From Patescibacteria group bacterium (GTDB taxonomy: Bacteria > Patescibacteriota > Patescibacteriia > Magasanikbacterales > JBBTXJ01), in the NCBI GenBank assembly GCA_038061815.1, contig JBBTYK010000009.1, positions 4,335 through 40,296 of the forward strand: 35,962 nt of DNA, given 5' to 3'. Position numbers and translations under genes: made by a program. The notes under the pieces are model-generated. The model saw only the letters and a program-made list of their open reading frames with translations. It was not told the origin of the DNA and did no database searches. Positions 33,033 through 35,962 of the stretch are shown in pieces; within the stretch, counting starts at the first letter, position 1; the number at the start of each line of letters is the position of its first letter.

Positions 33033-35156
33033 ATGCCAAACCAATTATCACCATTCATCCCGCCCACGAAAGTTTTCTTCCCTCCAGAAGACATTGTCGC
33101 CATCCAAGAGGGGGTTGCGAAGATTTTGGAAAGCGGACGGTTGACGCTCGGCGAGCACACGAAGGCGTTTGAAGATGACTTCGCCCGTCTCACCGGAACG
33201 GACCATGCGATTGCGGTTTCCAGCGGCACGTCAGCCATTGAAATGGCGTTGCGCGCGTTGCGCATCGGCGCCGGCGATTCGGTGATTGTGCCGACGAACA
33301 CCTTTTTTGCGACCGCGGCGGCCGTGGTGCACGCGGGCGCGACACCGATTTTCGTTGATTGCGACGAGACGCTTTCGCTGGATATCGCGGCGGTCCGCGC
33401 GGCCGTTCGGCCGGACACCAAGGCGGTTATCGCGGTGCATATCGGCGGTTTTGTGTCTCCGCGCATGCATGAGCTTGTTTCATTCTGCCGCGAGCGCGAC
33501 CTGTATCTCATTGAAGATGCGGCTCACGCGCAGGGGAGCATGTTCGCGGGCCGTCCGGCCGGCGCGTTCGGCCATGCGGCGACGTTTTCGTTTTATCCGA
33601 CCAAAGTGATGACCTCGGGCGAAGGCGGAATGATTGTGACGAACGACGCCACGCTCGCCGAACGTTGCCGCATCTTCCGCGACCAGGGCAAGAAAGATTT
33701 TTCATCAAACATCCATGTGGAGCTCGGAGCAAACTGGCGCTTGAGTGAAATCCATGCGTTTATCGGCCGCGTTCAGTTCAAGCGGCTCCATGAATTTATT
33801 GCCGCTCGGCGGCAGGTGGCCGCGCAGTACGACGCGCAACTCGCGAATATGCAAGGTCTCGCGCCGCTCCGCGAGGCGCCGGGCGTGTTTTCAAATTATT
33901 ATAAGTACATCGTGTTTCTGGACGAAGGCATTGACCGCGCGCTGCTCAAAAAAACCATGAAAGAGCAGTACGGCGTCGGCCTCGCCGGCGAAGTGTATGA
34001 GGTGCCGCTTCACAAACAGCCGGTGTTCGCGCCGTACACAATTGGTGTTCATCTGCCGGAGGCGGAGCGGCGCACCGCGCATCACATCTGTCTGCCGATG
34101 TCTGCGGTGCAGACGCGCGAGGAAACCGACAGGGTGATTTCTTCGCTGGATGAGGCGCTCCGCACGATGCGTCGCGCGCCGGTTGCGGCGGTAACGCCGA
34201 CAGTATCGCCAACGCGCCAGGTGAATACGCCGCCGCTCAAGGTGGCGGTGGTCGGCGGCTCCGGATTCATCGGTTCGCACATCGTGGACGCTTTGGTGGA
34301 AGCCCGCCATAAAGTGACGGTGTTTGACCTCATGCCGCCGCGCCGCAGCGATGTGCGGTTTATCACGCTGGATATTCTGAATCAGTCCAGCGTCAATGTG
34401 ATGTTGACTGGCGGATTTGACGCGGTGTACATGCTGGCAGCCATCGCGAACGTGAACGACGTATTCAATAATCCGGTTGAGACGTGCGACGTGAACATTC
34501 GCGCGGTGGTGAACGTGCTTGAGGCGGCGCGCAAAAATAAAATTCCACGCGTTTTGCTTTCAAGCACGGTTTGGTTGTATGAAATGGTGGGCGCGCAACA
34601 TGCGGACGCCGTGACGGAGGATACGGCTCTGGAGCCGGCGCGCGTGAATCACGTGTACACGGCAACCAAACTGGCGGCCGAACAGTATTGTGTGGCGTAT
34701 CAGAAATTGTATGGGCAGAACTACACTATACTGCGCTACGGTATTCCGTATGGGCCACAGGGGAGACTGGGCACCGTCATTTATAATTTCGTGAACAACG
34801 CGCTGGCCGGCAAGCCGATTGTGATACAGGGCGACGGTTCGCAGGCCCGCAATTTTGTCTATGTGAAGGACTTGGCGGAGGGGAATGTGGCGGCCCTGAA
34901 TCCCGCGGCGGCAAACCAGACGTACAATCTGGATGGCATACGGCCGGTTTCCATTAAGGAAGTCGCCGAGATTGTGCAGTCATTTATTCTGGGCACGGAG
35001 ATTCAGTACGTTGAGGCGCGCCCGGGGGATTTCAAGGGATTCGCCGCCTCATCGGAAAAAGCGTGGCGCGAACTCGGCTGGCGCGCGCATACGGATATCC
35101 GCGAGGGCATCCGGCAGTACATTGAATGGGCGCGCAATGAGGTCATTTTGCAGTAA
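33033..35156 (+). CDS. Fusion: DegT/DnrJ/EryC1-type PLP sugar aminotransferase + NAD-dependent SDR epimerase/dehydratase (707 aa)
   Basis: Aminotransferase: AIAVSSGTSAIEMAL, EDAAHAQG, FSFYPTKVMTSGEGG (PLP lysine). The SDR domain starts at about nt 34236: VAVVGGSGFIGSHIVDAL and YTATKLAAE (YxxxK). ATG 33033 lies 8 nt after the upstream TAA. Confidence 0.88.
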   Translation: MPNQLSPFIPPTKVFFPPEDIVAIQEGVAKILESGRLTLGEHTKAFEDDFARLTGTDHAIAVSSGTSAIEMALRALRIGAGDSVIVPTNTFFATAAAVVHAGATPIFVDCDETLSLDIAAVRAAVRPDTKAVIAVHIGGFVSPRMHELVSFCRERDLYLIEDAAHAQGSMFAGRPAGAFGHAATFSFYPTKVMTSGEGGMIVTNDATLAERCRIFRDQGKKDFSSNIHVELGANWRLSEIHAFIGRVQFKRLHEFIAARRQVAAQYDAQLANMQGLAPLREAPGVFSNYYKYIVFLDEGIDRALLKKTMKEQYGVGLAGEVYEVPLHKQPVFAPYTIGVHLPEAERRTAHHICLPMSAVQTREETDRVISSLDEALRTMRRAPVAAVTPTVSPTRQVNTPPLKVAVVGGSGFIGSHIVDALVEARHKVTVFDLMPPRRSDVRFITLDILNQSSVNVMLTGGFDAVYMLAAIANVNDVFNNPVETCDVNIRAVVNVLEAARKNKIPRVLLSSTVWLYEMVGAQHADAVTEDTALEPARVNHVYTATKLAAEQYCVAYQKLYGQNYTILRYGIPYGPQGRLGTVIYNFVNNALAGKPIVIQGDGSQARNFVYVKDLAEGNVAALNPAAANQTYNLDGIRPVSIKEVAEIVQSFILGTEIQYVEARPGDFKGFAASSEKAWRELGWRAHTDIREGIRQYIEWARNEVILQ

Positions 35157-35159
35157 TTT

Positions 35160-35239
35160 GTCATTGCGAGCTCCGCCCCTGGCGGAGCGAAGCAATCTAA
35201 TTAGATTGCTTCGTCGTGCTCCGCACTCCTCGCAATGAC
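35160..35239. repeat. Hairpin-module doublet (ATTGC + ATTGC boxes) between the aminotransferase-SDR gene and the next GT
   Basis: gtcATTGCgag-ctccgcc/ggcggag-cgaaGCAATc TAATTA gATTGCttcgtc-gtgc/gcac-tcctcGCAATgac. Confidence 0.85.
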
Positions 35240-35246
35240 TGGTGGT

Positions 35247-35962
35247 ATGATGAACCTAAAAAGTTTTTTCAAAATCTACCTTCGCAAACTCCTTCGTCTC
35301 AAACCGACGCGCAAACCGTTGTACGATTTTTTTTATTACGATGGCGTGCCGCACAAAAAACGCGCGCTTCTTGCGTATCGGGTGTTTGGCGTTTGGGCGC
35401 AGGCGCGCACAACGTGGAGCGCCATTGGCGATGTGCACGACGTACTCCGCGTTTTATCTGAAATGGGCTATCGCACGGATGTCATTGATTATGATGATAC
35501 GACCTTTATCCCAAAGCGAAAATACGACCTCTATATCGGTCATTACGGAAGCAATTTTGAACATATTGCCCCATTGTTGCTGAAGGAAACCGTGACCGTT
35601 TTTTATCCCATGTACGCGTATTGGAAGTTCCAGAACACGGAGGAGGAGCAGCGTCTCGCGGAAATACGGCAACGTTACGGCGTCACGCTTGCCGCCGAGC
35701 GCACCATTCGCGCAAGCGATGATTACGCGCTTGCGCATGCGGACGGCGTGATTGTGATGAGTAACTTACGCGGCATGAAGACGTATCCGCGCGACACCGC
35801 GATATTCCGCATCAACAATGCGGGATACGGCGGTGAAAAATGCATGGACCTCGCAACCAAAGATTTTGCGGCTGCGCAAAGTTTTTTGTTTATTGCCGGT
35901 TCCGGCAACGCGCACAAACGGCTGGATGTGATTCTTGAAGCGTTTGCCGGCATGCCGGATAA
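35247..35962 (+). CDS. Putative glycosyltransferase (GT-B / group 1-like), 3' end outside window
   Basis: This frame is open from 35205 to the window end, so it is absent from the ORF track. MMNLKSFFKIYLRKLL...FLFIAGSGNAHKRLDVILEAF resembles the start of a GT-B C-terminal domain. Alternative in-frame ATGs at 35235 (inside the repeat) and 35250. Confidence 0.65.
   Translation, partial: MMNLKSFFKIYLRKLLRLKPTRKPLYDFFYYDGVPHKKRALLAYRVFGVWAQARTTWSAIGDVHDVLRVLSEMGYRTDVIDYDDTTFIPKRKYDLYIGHYGSNFEHIAPLLLKETVTVFYPMYAYWKFQNTEEEQRLAEIRQRYGVTLAAERTIRASDDYALAHADGVIVMSNLRGMKTYPRDTAIFRINNAGYGGEKCMDLATKDFAAAQSFLFIAGSGNAHKRLDVILEAFAGMPD

Overview
GC-rich, gene-dense 35,962-nt bacterial window, read by eye from the sequence and the ORF track. 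It uses the standard genetic code: TAA, TAG and TGA all end recognisable genes, and both RF1 and RF2 are encoded. Gene order, left to right: a 5'-truncated Cys/Ser/Thr-rich tandem-repeat surface protein; small membrane proteins, a SAM methyltransferase and YraN; nusA-yidC; a SemiSWEET; a nucleotidyltransferase-like ORF and an O-antigen-ligase-like protein; a ~0.7-kb ORF-poor structured island. On the minus strand: rpmE-prfA and a GT-C glycosyltransferase. Then rpsB-tsf, gap, a dinJ-yafQ toxin-antitoxin pair, CIRCE-groES-groEL, an orphan 84-aa gene, prfB, an orphan 240-aa gene and tsaC-rsmA. The window ends with a ~15-kb co-directional glycan cluster: two Wzy_C+TPR paralogs, GT2-GT4, GT4-GT4-Gmd, Gmd-Fcl and aminotransferase-SDR fusions, plus one more GT running off the edge. 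I recognised no rRNA, tRNA, CRISPR array, transposase, integrase or reverse transcriptase. The short YidC and EF-Ts, sparse Shine-Dalgarno use and heavily fused sugar enzymes suggest a streamlined Patescibacteria/CPR-like organism, but that is inference only. Most unusual signals: (1) a hairpin-module repeat family at seven loci (12 modules) whose 5-nt stem boxes covary perfectly. It sits in 5' leaders (gap, groESL) and is inserted in frame inside rsmA and an O-antigen-ligase gene. (2) A 164-nt rod-like inverted repeat abutting the prfB start codon. (3) Self-contained orphan gene cassettes flanking prfB. (4) The ORF-poor island at 7.55-8.29 kb. (5) A chain of multi-domain fusion enzymes with a duplicated Gmd. 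Small-motif coordinates were indexed by hand and may be off by 1-2 nt. No database search or folding program was available.
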